Source of the DNA: Anaerolineae bacterium
GTDB taxonomy: Bacteria > Chloroflexota > Anaerolineae > B4-G1 > SLSP01
Assembly: GCA_034676805.1 (NCBI GenBank)
Contig: JAXDDO010000006.1
Location: 9,305-73,304 of the forward strand
Reading direction: 5' to 3'
Length of the DNA stretch: 64,000 bases
Each line of letters opens with the position of its first letter. Within the stretch, counting starts at the first letter, position 1. Shown here piece by piece: positions 54,721-63,190 of the stretch. Below the pieces are notes generated by a model that saw nothing but the letters and a program-made list of their open reading frames with translations, had not been told where the DNA came from and searched no databases. The position numbers were made by a program, and so were the translations under genes.

Positions 54721-55839
54721 ATGTTTGATCCGACCAGCTCGAGACTCGTGACACCGTGGACCGACCCGGACTCCGGCGTGACCAGCTACATCCTCACACA
54801 GAAGGTCGCGCCTGTGCAGGAGGCCTTCTACTTCGTCAACCCCAACGTCACCCACGATGGGCGCTACTGGTGGTTCTACTGCGCCTTTCCCCCGTCTGGC
54901 ACGGGGGCTCAGGGCCGAACGCTGGGCGTCGCGGATTTTGCCGCCGGCGAAGTGCGTCACTTTCCCGACACGCAGTTCAATCACGCCTCTCCGTGGGTCA
55001 ATCTCGATACTGGCGCCGTCACGTGGGGCATGGGCGACGCGCTTTGGCGGCGTGGACCCGAGCCCGACGCCGGTGCCGAGCTGGTGAACCGTCTTCCCGA
55101 GGACCTGGTGGGCCACCGCACTGTGTCGCGCATAGCGACCCACCTGACGCTCTCCGCAGACGGGCGGGCGTTCTTTATCGACGCCAACGTGGGGCTGCAA
55201 TGGGTGTTCGGGTCGCTGCCGGTCGATGGAAGCGATTTCGTGGAATGGCACCGGTTCCAGCGCAACTACAACCACGCGCAGTTCAGCCCGACCGATCCCG
55301 ATCTCGCGCTCTTCGCACAGGAGAACCACTCTGATCCCATCACCGGGCTCCGCTTCCGCATCGAGGATCGCCTGTGGTTGATCCGGCGGGGCCAGGCGCC
55401 GCATCCCATCATGCCGGAGCCTACGCGGCTGACGCACGAATGGTGGGACCCCGACGGCCGGCACGTATGGTGCATCAAGAGCGACACCGGGGTGTGGCGT
55501 GTGGATATTGAGACGCAGGAAGTCGAGGAGATCGCGTGGCCAGGCGGGCGCTGGCACTCACACAGCGATGCCACGGGCCGCTACCTGATCGGAGATCGGA
55601 ACCCCACCTTCTACCGGGGATGTCCCTCGACGGTCAACTTCCTGAATCGCGAGACAGGGAAAAGCGTGCGCCTGGTGGACAACCCCGAAATGGCCAACTA
55701 TACCGGCGCGAACTACCACATCGACCCGCATCCCCGCTTCTGCTGTGGCGACCGCTTCGTCGTCTTCACCACCACCGTGCGCGGTGTGGTGGATGTTGCC
55801 CTGGCGCTCACTGCCGACCTGATCGAAAGAACTTCGTAG
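54721..55839 (+). CDS. Oligogalacturonate-lyase (PL22)-like beta-propeller protein
   Basis: From memory, several segments resemble Ogl-family proteins: the N-terminal segment (DPDSGVTSYILT...FYF..P.VT.DGRY), THEWWDPDG, and the C-terminal HIDPHPRF...VVFTT. Confidence 0.55.
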   Translation: MFDPTSSRLVTPWTDPDSGVTSYILTQKVAPVQEAFYFVNPNVTHDGRYWWFYCAFPPSGTGAQGRTLGVADFAAGEVRHFPDTQFNHASPWVNLDTGAVTWGMGDALWRRGPEPDAGAELVNRLPEDLVGHRTVSRIATHLTLSADGRAFFIDANVGLQWVFGSLPVDGSDFVEWHRFQRNYNHAQFSPTDPDLALFAQENHSDPITGLRFRIEDRLWLIRRGQAPHPIMPEPTRLTHEWWDPDGRHVWCIKSDTGVWRVDIETQEVEEIAWPGGRWHSHSDATGRYLIGDRNPTFYRGCPSTVNFLNRETGKSVRLVDNPEMANYTGANYHIDPHPRFCCGDRFVVFTTTVRGVVDVALALTADLIERTS

Positions 55840-55847
55840 GAGCTACT

Positions 55848-56750
55848 ATGCCCAAGGACTTTGTCAGTTTTCTGGACTACACACCCGCCGAGATCACCGC
55901 TCTGCTGGACCTCGCCGCGGAGCTGCGCGTTGCGTGGCAGGCCCGTACAATGCCACAGCCACTGGCGGGGAAATCCTACGCCCTGATCTGGGACGCCGAA
56001 GGGTTTCGTAACCGTGTCTCGTTCGAACTGGGGATCGCAGCGCTCGGTGGAACCGGCGTCCAGATTCCGGGACGGCTCGATGCGCGGGAGTCCATCGAGG
56101 ACGTCGCCAAGTACCTGGGCAACTGGTTCGACGGCATCGTAGCGCGCACACGTACCCACAGCCACATGGAGCGCCTGGCCGCCGCGTCGCCCGTTCCCGT
56201 CATCAACGCACGGACCGACTTCAACCACCCGTGCGAGATCCTGGGCGATCTGGCCTATATCCGCGACCGCCGCGGCAGACTGAATGGGATCAAGGTCGTC
56301 TTCGTGGGCGAGGCCACCAACCTCTGCCATCCGTGGTTCGAGGCAGCGGCCCGGCTCCCGCTGGAGGTCGTGCAGGTCTGCCCAATGGGCTATGAGGTCA
56401 GTCAGTGGTTTCTCTCACGAGCGAGGCGCAACGCAGCCGGCAAGCTGCGCGTCAGCCACGACCTGGAGGCGGAGCTGCGCACTGCCGACGTGATCTACAC
56501 CGACTGCTGGCCCGCACGACCGGACGATGAGACACGGGCCCGCGTCGAGCGCAGATTCCTGCCCTACCAGATCACTGCCGCGCACCTTCAATCAGCGCCG
56601 TCCGATGTGCTCTTCCTGCCGTGCCCGCCGGTGACACGCGGTGAGGAAGTCTCGGAAGACGCGATGGCTCTGCTGGGTCACCAAGTCTTTGAGGCGAAGG
56701 CCTACCTCCTGCACGCACAAAACGCCATCTTGGTGACGCTGGCATCCTGA
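55848..56750 (+). CDS. Aspartate/ornithine carbamoyltransferase-fold protein with non-canonical substrate motifs
   Basis: Collinear with OTCase over the full length (300 aa): ...ESIEDVAKYLG..FDGIVAR, HPCE, RGEEV, C-terminal helix. STRTR is replaced by GFRNR, DxxxSMG is absent, and HCLP is replaced by LPCPP. The RBS TAGGAG overlaps the stop of the PL22-like gene. Confidence 0.75.
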   Translation: MPKDFVSFLDYTPAEITALLDLAAELRVAWQARTMPQPLAGKSYALIWDAEGFRNRVSFELGIAALGGTGVQIPGRLDARESIEDVAKYLGNWFDGIVARTRTHSHMERLAAASPVPVINARTDFNHPCEILGDLAYIRDRRGRLNGIKVVFVGEATNLCHPWFEAAARLPLEVVQVCPMGYEVSQWFLSRARRNAAGKLRVSHDLEAELRTADVIYTDCWPARPDDETRARVERRFLPYQITAAHLQSAPSDVLFLPCPPVTRGEEVSEDAMALLGHQVFEAKAYLLHAQNAILVTLAS

Positions 56751-56846
56751 GCATCAGCGGCGACACGAAGCTCTACACAGCCCTGGCGACCGGAAGACCG
56801 CTCACGGTGGGATGCGCTCTGGGCCGGCAAGGTGCGATGGCCGCGA

Positions 56847-59213
56847 TCAGAAGGCCTCGTGCTCGGTCCGGGCGATGATCTCGTCCTGGAGCGCCCGGCT
56901 CAGGTCACAGAAGTAGTCGCTGTAGCCCGCCACGCGCACAATCAGCGTGCGATACCGTTCGGGGTCTGCCTGCGCCGCGCGGAGTGTGGCGGCATCGACG
57001 ACGTTGAACTGGATGTGATGGCCGTCCAGCGTGAAGTACGTCCGCACCAACTGTACCAACCCATCAAGCCCCGCATCGTCGGCCAACAGCCGCGGCGTGA
57101 ACTTCTGATTGAGCAACGTGCCTCCCGTGCGCACGTGATCCATCTTGGCCACGGACTTAATGACCGCCGTGGGCCCGGAGCGATCGGCTCCCTGGACCGG
57201 AGAGATGCCCTCCGAGACCGGCGTGCCAGCTCGGCGACCGTCCGGCGTGGCGCCGGTTACCGACCCGAAGTAGACATGGCACGTGGTCGGCAACAGATCG
57301 ATGTGATAGGCGCCGCCTTTGGTATTGCGCCGCCCGTCAATCGCAGCATAGTAGGTCTCGAAGACACGCACCATCACGGCATCGGCAACCTGGTCGTCGT
57401 TGCCATACTTGGGGGTGCGGTTGAGCAGGAGCTGGCGCACGCGCTCGTGGCCCACGAAGTCAGCGTCGAGGGCGGCGAGAAGGTCGGGCAGCGTCAGGCT
57501 CTGCCGGTCGAAGACGTGAACCTGGAGCGCCGTCAAGGCATCGGTGATCGTGCCCAACCCCACGCCCTGGATGTAGGAAGTGTTGTACCGCGCCCCACCA
57601 TCGTGGTAGTCGCGCCCGGTGGCAATGCAGTCATCGATGAGCAGCGACAGAAACGGCACTGGCATATAGCGGGCATAGAGCCGCTCAATGACGTTGTTGC
57701 CGCGGATCTTGATGTCAACGAAGTGCTGCACCTGCCGCCGGAACGCATCGAAAAGCTGCTCGAACGTTGTCCACGTGGTGGGGTCGCCGGTCTGGGGGCC
57801 GATCTGCTTGCCCGTGCGCGGGTCGATGCCGTTGTGGAGCGCGATCTCGAGCACTTTGGGCAGGTTGAAGTAGCCCGTCAGGTTGTAGTTCTCCTTCCCA
57901 AACGCTCCCGTCTCGACGCACCCGCTGGTGCCGCCCGCCCGCGCATCGACCAGCGACTTACCTTGGCGCAGCAATTCCTCCACCACCAGATCGGCGTTGA
58001 AGACCGAGGGCTGCCCAAACCCGGTGCGGATGATCTCCGCTGCGCGCCGGATGAACCGGTCGGGGTTCTTCTTGCTCACCTGGATCGACGAACTGGGCTG
58101 TAGCAGCCGCATCGCCTCGATCACGTCCAACAGTAGAAAGGTGACCTCGTTGACGCCGTCAGAGCCGTCAGCCCGCACGCCGCCGGTGTTGATCTGGGCA
58201 AAGTCGGTGTACGTACCGCTCTCCGCCGCCGTGACGCCCACCTTGGGCGGGGCAGGCTGGTTGTTGAACTTGATCCAGAAGCACTGCAGCAGCTCCTCGG
58301 CTTGCGCTCGGGTCAGAGTACCGTCGGCCAGCCCGCACCGGTAGAAGGGCTCCAGGTGTTGATCCAACCTGCCTGGGTTGAACGCGTCCCACGGATTGAG
58401 CTCCAGGGTGACACCCAGGTGGACAAACCAATAGGCTTGCAGGGCCTCCCAGAAGGTGCGGGGCGCGTGGGCCGGAACCCTCTCACAAACTTCGGCGATC
58501 TGCAGCAGCTCCGCCTTGCGAGCCGGGTTGGGCTCTCCTTCTGCCAACGTGCGCGCCCTCTCGGCGTGGCGCAGCGCGAAGCGGACGATCGCGTGAGCCG
58601 CGATGTGCATCGCCTTCAGTTGCTCCTGCCGGTCATAGGCGGTGGGATCGTTCAGATAGTCAAGGCGCGCCAGTTGCGCCTCGATGTCGGCCGCGAAGTC
58701 GAGCATGCCCCGGCGGTAGATCTTGTCGTCCAGCGTCGTATGCCCGGGGCCGCGCTGCTCCATGAACTCGGTGAAGATACCGGCCTCGTACGCATCTTTC
58801 CATGCGGCGGTCATCTCGCGGAAGATCGCCTCGCGCATCGTCTTGCCGCGCCAGAAGGGCAGGATGGTCTCGGCGTAGGCCTGACGGGCCTCCTGGCTCA
58901 CCTTGAACGGGATCTTCTCGCGCCCATCGAGGAGCTCCAGATCGTCCAGCGTATGACAGCACAGCTCGGGATACGTAGGCGCGGCCTTCGGCGCAGGCCC
59001 TTTCTCGCCTACGATGAGTTCGCCCGGGTTGATGCAGATGGCCTTGTGCTCCATCAGATAACGGAACGCCAGCGCCCGGCGCACCGGTGCGGAGACCGGC
59101 CCCAGATCTCGCCCGTAGAACGCCGTCAGCAGCTCCGCCCGCTCGATGGAGAGGGTAGGCACTGCATCCAGGCTTTGCTGCCGCAACCGTGCAACACGCT
59201 CGGTTATCGCCAT
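56847..59213 (-). CDS. Glycyl radical enzyme, PFL2/dehydratase clade; active site resembles trans-4-hydroxy-L-proline dehydratase (HypD)
   Basis: C-terminal glycyl radical motif IVRVAGYSDYF (G763) and thiyl loop SGCVE (C432/E434). 788 aa. The start is coupled to the upstream gene (TGAGGACCTATG). Confidence 0.9.
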   Translation of the reverse strand: MAITERVARLRQQSLDAVPTLSIERAELLTAFYGRDLGPVSAPVRRALAFRYLMEHKAICINPGELIVGEKGPAPKAAPTYPELCCHTLDDLELLDGREKIPFKVSQEARQAYAETILPFWRGKTMREAIFREMTAAWKDAYEAGIFTEFMEQRGPGHTTLDDKIYRRGMLDFAADIEAQLARLDYLNDPTAYDRQEQLKAMHIAAHAIVRFALRHAERARTLAEGEPNPARKAELLQIAEVCERVPAHAPRTFWEALQAYWFVHLGVTLELNPWDAFNPGRLDQHLEPFYRCGLADGTLTRAQAEELLQCFWIKFNNQPAPPKVGVTAAESGTYTDFAQINTGGVRADGSDGVNEVTFLLLDVIEAMRLLQPSSSIQVSKKNPDRFIRRAAEIIRTGFGQPSVFNADLVVEELLRQGKSLVDARAGGTSGCVETGAFGKENYNLTGYFNLPKVLEIALHNGIDPRTGKQIGPQTGDPTTWTTFEQLFDAFRRQVQHFVDIKIRGNNVIERLYARYMPVPFLSLLIDDCIATGRDYHDGGARYNTSYIQGVGLGTITDALTALQVHVFDRQSLTLPDLLAALDADFVGHERVRQLLLNRTPKYGNDDQVADAVMVRVFETYYAAIDGRRNTKGGAYHIDLLPTTCHVYFGSVTGATPDGRRAGTPVSEGISPVQGADRSGPTAVIKSVAKMDHVRTGGTLLNQKFTPRLLADDAGLDGLVQLVRTYFTLDGHHIQFNVVDAATLRAAQADPERYRTLIVRVAGYSDYFCDLSRALQDEIIARTEHEAF

Positions 59214-59219
59214 AGGTCC

Positions 59220-60920
59220 TCAGTATTCGTCGATCTCGCCGTCCAGAAGAGGCCAGCGATCGAAGGCGGTGTCCAGGTGCTCATCGTCCACAGCGACGAT
59301 AACCCACCGGTTCCGCGGAGCATTCACGTTGAACGTAATCCTCGGCCCATCCGGCCATTGAAAGACGCGGTTGATCGTGACGGGGTCGCTGTTTGCGGCC
59401 GTGACGGCGGCAAGCACGGCTTTGGGGTCGTCATCGTGAAACAGCGCCACCAGACCTTGCTCGACCTGACTATGCACAACCACGACCAGGCCATCGACCG
59501 GCGCATAGACCTCCCATAGATCATTGCTGACGATGAGCTCCCACGAGGCAGGCACGTGCACCGGACCTGCGGCACAGGCCAGATCGCGGTAGACCCCGGT
59601 GTTGTTCCATGTCGTGAAGGTGTCGTCGGGCCCCGCGAGGTACAGCACGTCCGAGAGATCCCGGGCCTCATCATCGAGCATCAGCGTAATCGGTCGCGCC
59701 ACAATCATCGACCGCTTCCCGCGATGAACCCCGCCGGCGCTCAGCAGGTATCCGGGCCCGCCGGCATAGATCTCGGGCGAGGCCCACGGACCGTGGCCGA
59801 TACGAACGAAGTAGGTTGTCGGCTTCTCCAGAATCCAGCGCACCACCTCGTCGGGCGGACGGTAGGGCAATAGGGCTGCCAAAAGCGCGTGGTGACGGCC
59901 CTCAGTCAACGGAGCACCGTCCTCGATGTCGCCGGTGGGGTGGAAACTCATCCAGGTCCGGATCAGCGCGGTGTGATAGTCAGCATCGAGTGCCGTGAGG
60001 CCCGCACGCGCAAGCTGCCGGCGGAAGGGGGCGAAGCGCCGGTAAGCCAGGCTGCCCAAGGCATACTCCCAGTTGGCGCGGTCAAGAACACGTTGGGCAG
60101 CACCGCGCACCGCATCAGACCCATAGGCTTCCAGGTTCAGGAGCGCCGTGAGCGTGTAGCCCATGTAGGGAATGGAGTTGAACTCATAGAGCCCGGCGCT
60201 GTTGAGTTCGCGCAGCAGATCCAGCATCCACCGCTCCATCCCGTTGCGCTCGTTATCGTGGCGCGCATCGGTGCTCCCGTGCAGCATCAGCCAGCGGTTC
60301 TTGAGATACCGGGAGCCCTCGGTCATCAGGAGATGGTTTTCCGTATCACGGATCAGGCCCAGCGTGCGCGGCACGCTGACCCGTGGATTGCCGCCCTCTT
60401 CGACGAGCAGCACATCGAGCAGGTGGGTCCGGGTCTCCGGATAGAGCACGCCCGGTTCATCGCCATACAGGTAGAGCATCGTCGTGAGGGCAGCCAACGT
60501 GAAGTCATAATCGCCCTGGGTGTGTAGCTCCCACGTGGAGCCACTGCGCCCCCAGGGCACCTGGGCTTGGAGATAGGCGTTGGCGGCTTCCAGATCCTGT
60601 CCTGAGGCAAATCGGGCCAGCAGCGCCCGCGGGGCAGTCACCTTGCCCTCCTCATGCCAGTCGGGCAGGGGTTCAGCCGCCCAGTCGGCAATCAGGGCTT
60701 GTGCCAGCTCTGACTGCTCATTCCACCGGATGGCGCGCGCGTGGGGCACCAGGATGGCGCCAGCAGCCCGAGGTACGTTGCTCCAGCGCGCGGCGCCGGC
60801 AAAGTGCCCGCCAATACGCAAGAGCCCCCAAAGAGCGGCGCCACCGACAAGAAGGAGCACGAGGCGCCTGACCCGACGTCGCTTCACGACACTTGCCGGC
60901 GTTTCGGCTGTGTGAGTCAC
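59220..60920 (-). CDS. Hypothetical membrane-anchored protein (N-terminal Arg-rich segment plus one TM helix, about 520-aa extracytoplasmic body)
   Basis: 566-aa ORF with gene-like codon usage. N-terminus KRRRVRRLVLLLVGGAALWGLL. I recognise no family. The helix-rich N-terminal half and beta-rich C-terminal half are compatible with a lyase/hydrolase toroid plus sandwich architecture (speculative). The start codon (GTG 60920) is uncertain. Confidence 0.6.
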   Translation of the reverse strand: MTHTAETPASVVKRRRVRRLVLLLVGGAALWGLLRIGGHFAGAARWSNVPRAAGAILVPHARAIRWNEQSELAQALIADWAAEPLPDWHEEGKVTAPRALLARFASGQDLEAANAYLQAQVPWGRSGSTWELHTQGDYDFTLAALTTMLYLYGDEPGVLYPETRTHLLDVLLVEEGGNPRVSVPRTLGLIRDTENHLLMTEGSRYLKNRWLMLHGSTDARHDNERNGMERWMLDLLRELNSAGLYEFNSIPYMGYTLTALLNLEAYGSDAVRGAAQRVLDRANWEYALGSLAYRRFAPFRRQLARAGLTALDADYHTALIRTWMSFHPTGDIEDGAPLTEGRHHALLAALLPYRPPDEVVRWILEKPTTYFVRIGHGPWASPEIYAGGPGYLLSAGGVHRGKRSMIVARPITLMLDDEARDLSDVLYLAGPDDTFTTWNNTGVYRDLACAAGPVHVPASWELIVSNDLWEVYAPVDGLVVVVHSQVEQGLVALFHDDDPKAVLAAVTAANSDPVTINRVFQWPDGPRITFNVNAPRNRWVIVAVDDEHLDTAFDRWPLLDGEIDEY

Positions 60921-60978
60921 CTGAAGCCTGACCTGAGACCAGATCCGAGCGCCGCGTTATCGAGGCCTTGCGACCGCA

Positions 60979-61908
60979 TCATCCCAGCAGTCCCTGTATC
61001 TCTGCTAGCTCCCCGGCTGAGAAGAGCCACTGGCCGGCAGCGGCATTCATCGCCGCTTGCTGTGGCGACTTGGCACCGGGGATTGCCACCGGGTCCGCCG
61101 GATGCGAGATCACATAGCGCAGCGCCGCGGTAACCATCTCGTCACCGGGCTCGAACCTACGCTTGAGGCGCTCTACCTGGTCAACCTCCGCCTCGAGTTG
61201 GGCACGGCGCGCACCTCCAACGTTCCACGAAGCGCGCACCGAGTCGGTGAAGACCGACTCACGGGCGTATTTGCCGGCGAGCAGCCCCTGGCGCAGTGGA
61301 CCACGCACCATTACGGCAATGCCGTGTTCCTGGCAGTAGGACAGGAACTCGCCTTCCGGCTTGCGGTTGAGCATCGAGTAGTTAACCTGCACCACTGCAC
61401 AGGTCCCGTTGACGTTGAACCGCTTGAGCACGTCGAGGCTATCGGTTGAGATGCCATAGGCCCGGATGCGCCCCCGCTGCTTGAGCATCTCAAAGGCTTC
61501 GAGGTAGACCGAAGGGTCCTCGATATTGCCCTCATGACAGAGCTCCACATCGAGCCAATCGGTGTGCAGACGGTGCAGCGAGGCGTGGGCGCACAGGCGT
61601 ATCATATCGACCGTGGTCTTGGGTACACCCTGCCCGGTGCGCTCGCCCCAGTGCCCGATCTTGCTGACAAGGATTACCCGGTGGCGGATGCCCGCCAGCG
61701 CAGTGCCGAGCCGCTCCTCCGAAAGCCCGTTGGGGTCGCCATAGGACTCAGCGACGTCAAAGAGGTTGACGCCGCAGTCAAAGGCCGTGCGAATCGTCGC
61801 CCAGGCCGTAGCATCGTCCACCTCGCCCCATTGATTCCCGATGTTCCAGGTGCCCAGGCCAATCGCCGAGGCCTGCCAGCCGGTCTTGCCGAAGTCACGA
61901 TAGATCAT
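60979..61908 (-). CDS. Aldo/keto reductase
   Basis: GGAGG RBS before ATG 61908. N-terminus YRDFGKTGW.ASAIGLGTWNIG, then FDVAESYG. Typical AKR. Confidence 0.85.
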   Translation of the reverse strand: MIYRDFGKTGWQASAIGLGTWNIGNQWGEVDDATAWATIRTAFDCGVNLFDVAESYGDPNGLSEERLGTALAGIRHRVILVSKIGHWGERTGQGVPKTTVDMIRLCAHASLHRLHTDWLDVELCHEGNIEDPSVYLEAFEMLKQRGRIRAYGISTDSLDVLKRFNVNGTCAVVQVNYSMLNRKPEGEFLSYCQEHGIAVMVRGPLRQGLLAGKYARESVFTDSVRASWNVGGARRAQLEAEVDQVERLKRRFEPGDEMVTAALRYVISHPADPVAIPGAKSPQQAAMNAAAGQWLFSAGELAEIQGLLG

Positions 61909-62005
61909 AGGTTTGGCCTCCACAGGGATGTCTAGAAGGACGCAAGGGAGCACATCGCGGGAAGGTCACGCCTGCTTGCCCCTCCCCGCACGTCTACCCG
62001 CACTC

Positions 62006-63016
62006 TTATCCATTTCCGATGCGCAACTCGCTCGAGCGGCGCACGATAAGGTCGGTCGGCAGGACGATCGCCTGGGGTTCAGGCGGTGCCTCGCCCGCCA
62101 GCCGCCTGAGCAGCAGTCCCGTAGCCTCTTGTGCAAGCTCGTAGACGCGTTGTGCGGCAACGGTCAGGAACGGATCCGTCATGAAGGTAGGGGGCAAATC
62201 GTCAAACCCCACAAGCGCTACATCCTCCGGCACGCGCTTGCCGGCCTCGCGCAGCGCGCCGAAGGCGCCAATGGCGATGAAGTTGTTGGCGGCGAAGAGT
62301 GCCGTAGGCGGCGGCATAAGCGCCATGACCTGCGTGGTCATCGCATAACCACCCTCGCGGGTGAAGGCGTGGTAGATGATGAGACGTTCGTTCACCGGAA
62401 CCCCTGCCTCGGCAAGCGCTCGCCGGTATCCGGCAACACGATCGACCGAGGTTGAGACATCTCGCGGACCGCTGAGCATAGCAATCCGGCGATGCCCCAG
62501 TGCCAGAAGGTGGCGCGTCAGCTCGTAAGCCCCCCCTTCAGAATCGGAGCAGACTGTGTCGACAGCGGCGTTCACAGAGCGATCGAGGATGACCAGAGGC
62601 ACGCGCTGTTTCAAAATCAGGTCGACCGAGCGGGAAGCGCCGTGCGCGGGAACAAGCAGGAAACCATCGACCTGCTTTTGGAGCAACACCTGGACGTAGC
62701 TGTACTCCTTGGATTCCGATTCATCGGTATTGCAGAGGATGACGCTGAACCCGGCTCCATTGGCGATATCCTCGACGCCACGTGCAACGGTTGTCCAGAA
62801 AGGATTGGTGATATCGGTCAGGACGAGGGCCAGCGTGTGAGTCTGCTTGGATCGCAAACTGCGCGCCACACGGTTGGGCACGTATCCCAGCGCCTCGATC
62901 GCCGCTCGAACACGCTGTCGAGTGCTCTCACTCACGTAGCCCGTGTCATTGATGACGCGTGAAGCCGTAATAGGCGCAACGCCTGCTTTTCTGGCGACGT
63001 CCTTAATGGTCGGCAT
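62006..63016 (-). CDS. LacI family transcriptional regulator
   Basis: N-terminal HTH MPTIKDVARKAGVAPITASRVIND plus a periplasmic-binding-protein-like sugar-sensing core. Confidence 0.9.
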   Translation of the reverse strand: MPTIKDVARKAGVAPITASRVINDTGYVSESTRQRVRAAIEALGYVPNRVARSLRSKQTHTLALVLTDITNPFWTTVARGVEDIANGAGFSVILCNTDESESKEYSYVQVLLQKQVDGFLLVPAHGASRSVDLILKQRVPLVILDRSVNAAVDTVCSDSEGGAYELTRHLLALGHRRIAMLSGPRDVSTSVDRVAGYRRALAEAGVPVNERLIIYHAFTREGGYAMTTQVMALMPPPTALFAANNFIAIGAFGALREAGKRVPEDVALVGFDDLPPTFMTDPFLTVAAQRVYELAQEATGLLLRRLAGEAPPEPQAIVLPTDLIVRRSSELRIGNG

Positions 63017-63155
63017 GGGGCGATCTCCGTTCGGGCGATGACAACGCTACCATTGTACTTGAATCGAGACAAGGATCAAAGAAAGCGTAAGTGTATTGGC
63101 GTTCCAACGATCGGTTAGCCCCTTGATTGTGTCGTTGCGGGTCGTTACCATGAAA

Positions 63156-63173
63156 ATAGAACTTTAGTTCTAT
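63156..63173. promoter_or_regulatory. Candidate LexA (SOS/Cheo-type) box
   Basis: Perfect palindrome ATAGAACTTTAGTTCTAT containing GAAC-N4-GTTC, 18 nt upstream of the imuB-like start, in an AT-rich promoter patch. Confidence 0.55.
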
Positions 63174-63190
63174 TAGGGTGGGAACTTTCG

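Noticed and set aside
56847-59213. Calling the glycyl radical enzyme a pyruvate formate-lyase, or a glycerol/1,2-propanediol dehydratase fed by lactaldehyde from the oxidative sugar module
   Set aside because: A single Cys in a GCVE loop (not the PFL Cys-Cys pair) excludes PFL. The positions equivalent to the glycerol dehydratase H164/S282/D447 are not conserved by my count, while the HypD set is. The propanediol idea is kept only as a less likely alternative pending alignment.
56832-59519. Two long + strand ORFs (56832-58103, 423 aa; 58302-59519, 405 aa) opposite the glycyl radical enzyme gene
   Set aside because: Both are antisense to a CDS with unmistakable GRE motifs. Their translations are low-complexity (R/G/L/V/D) and lack start-site signals.
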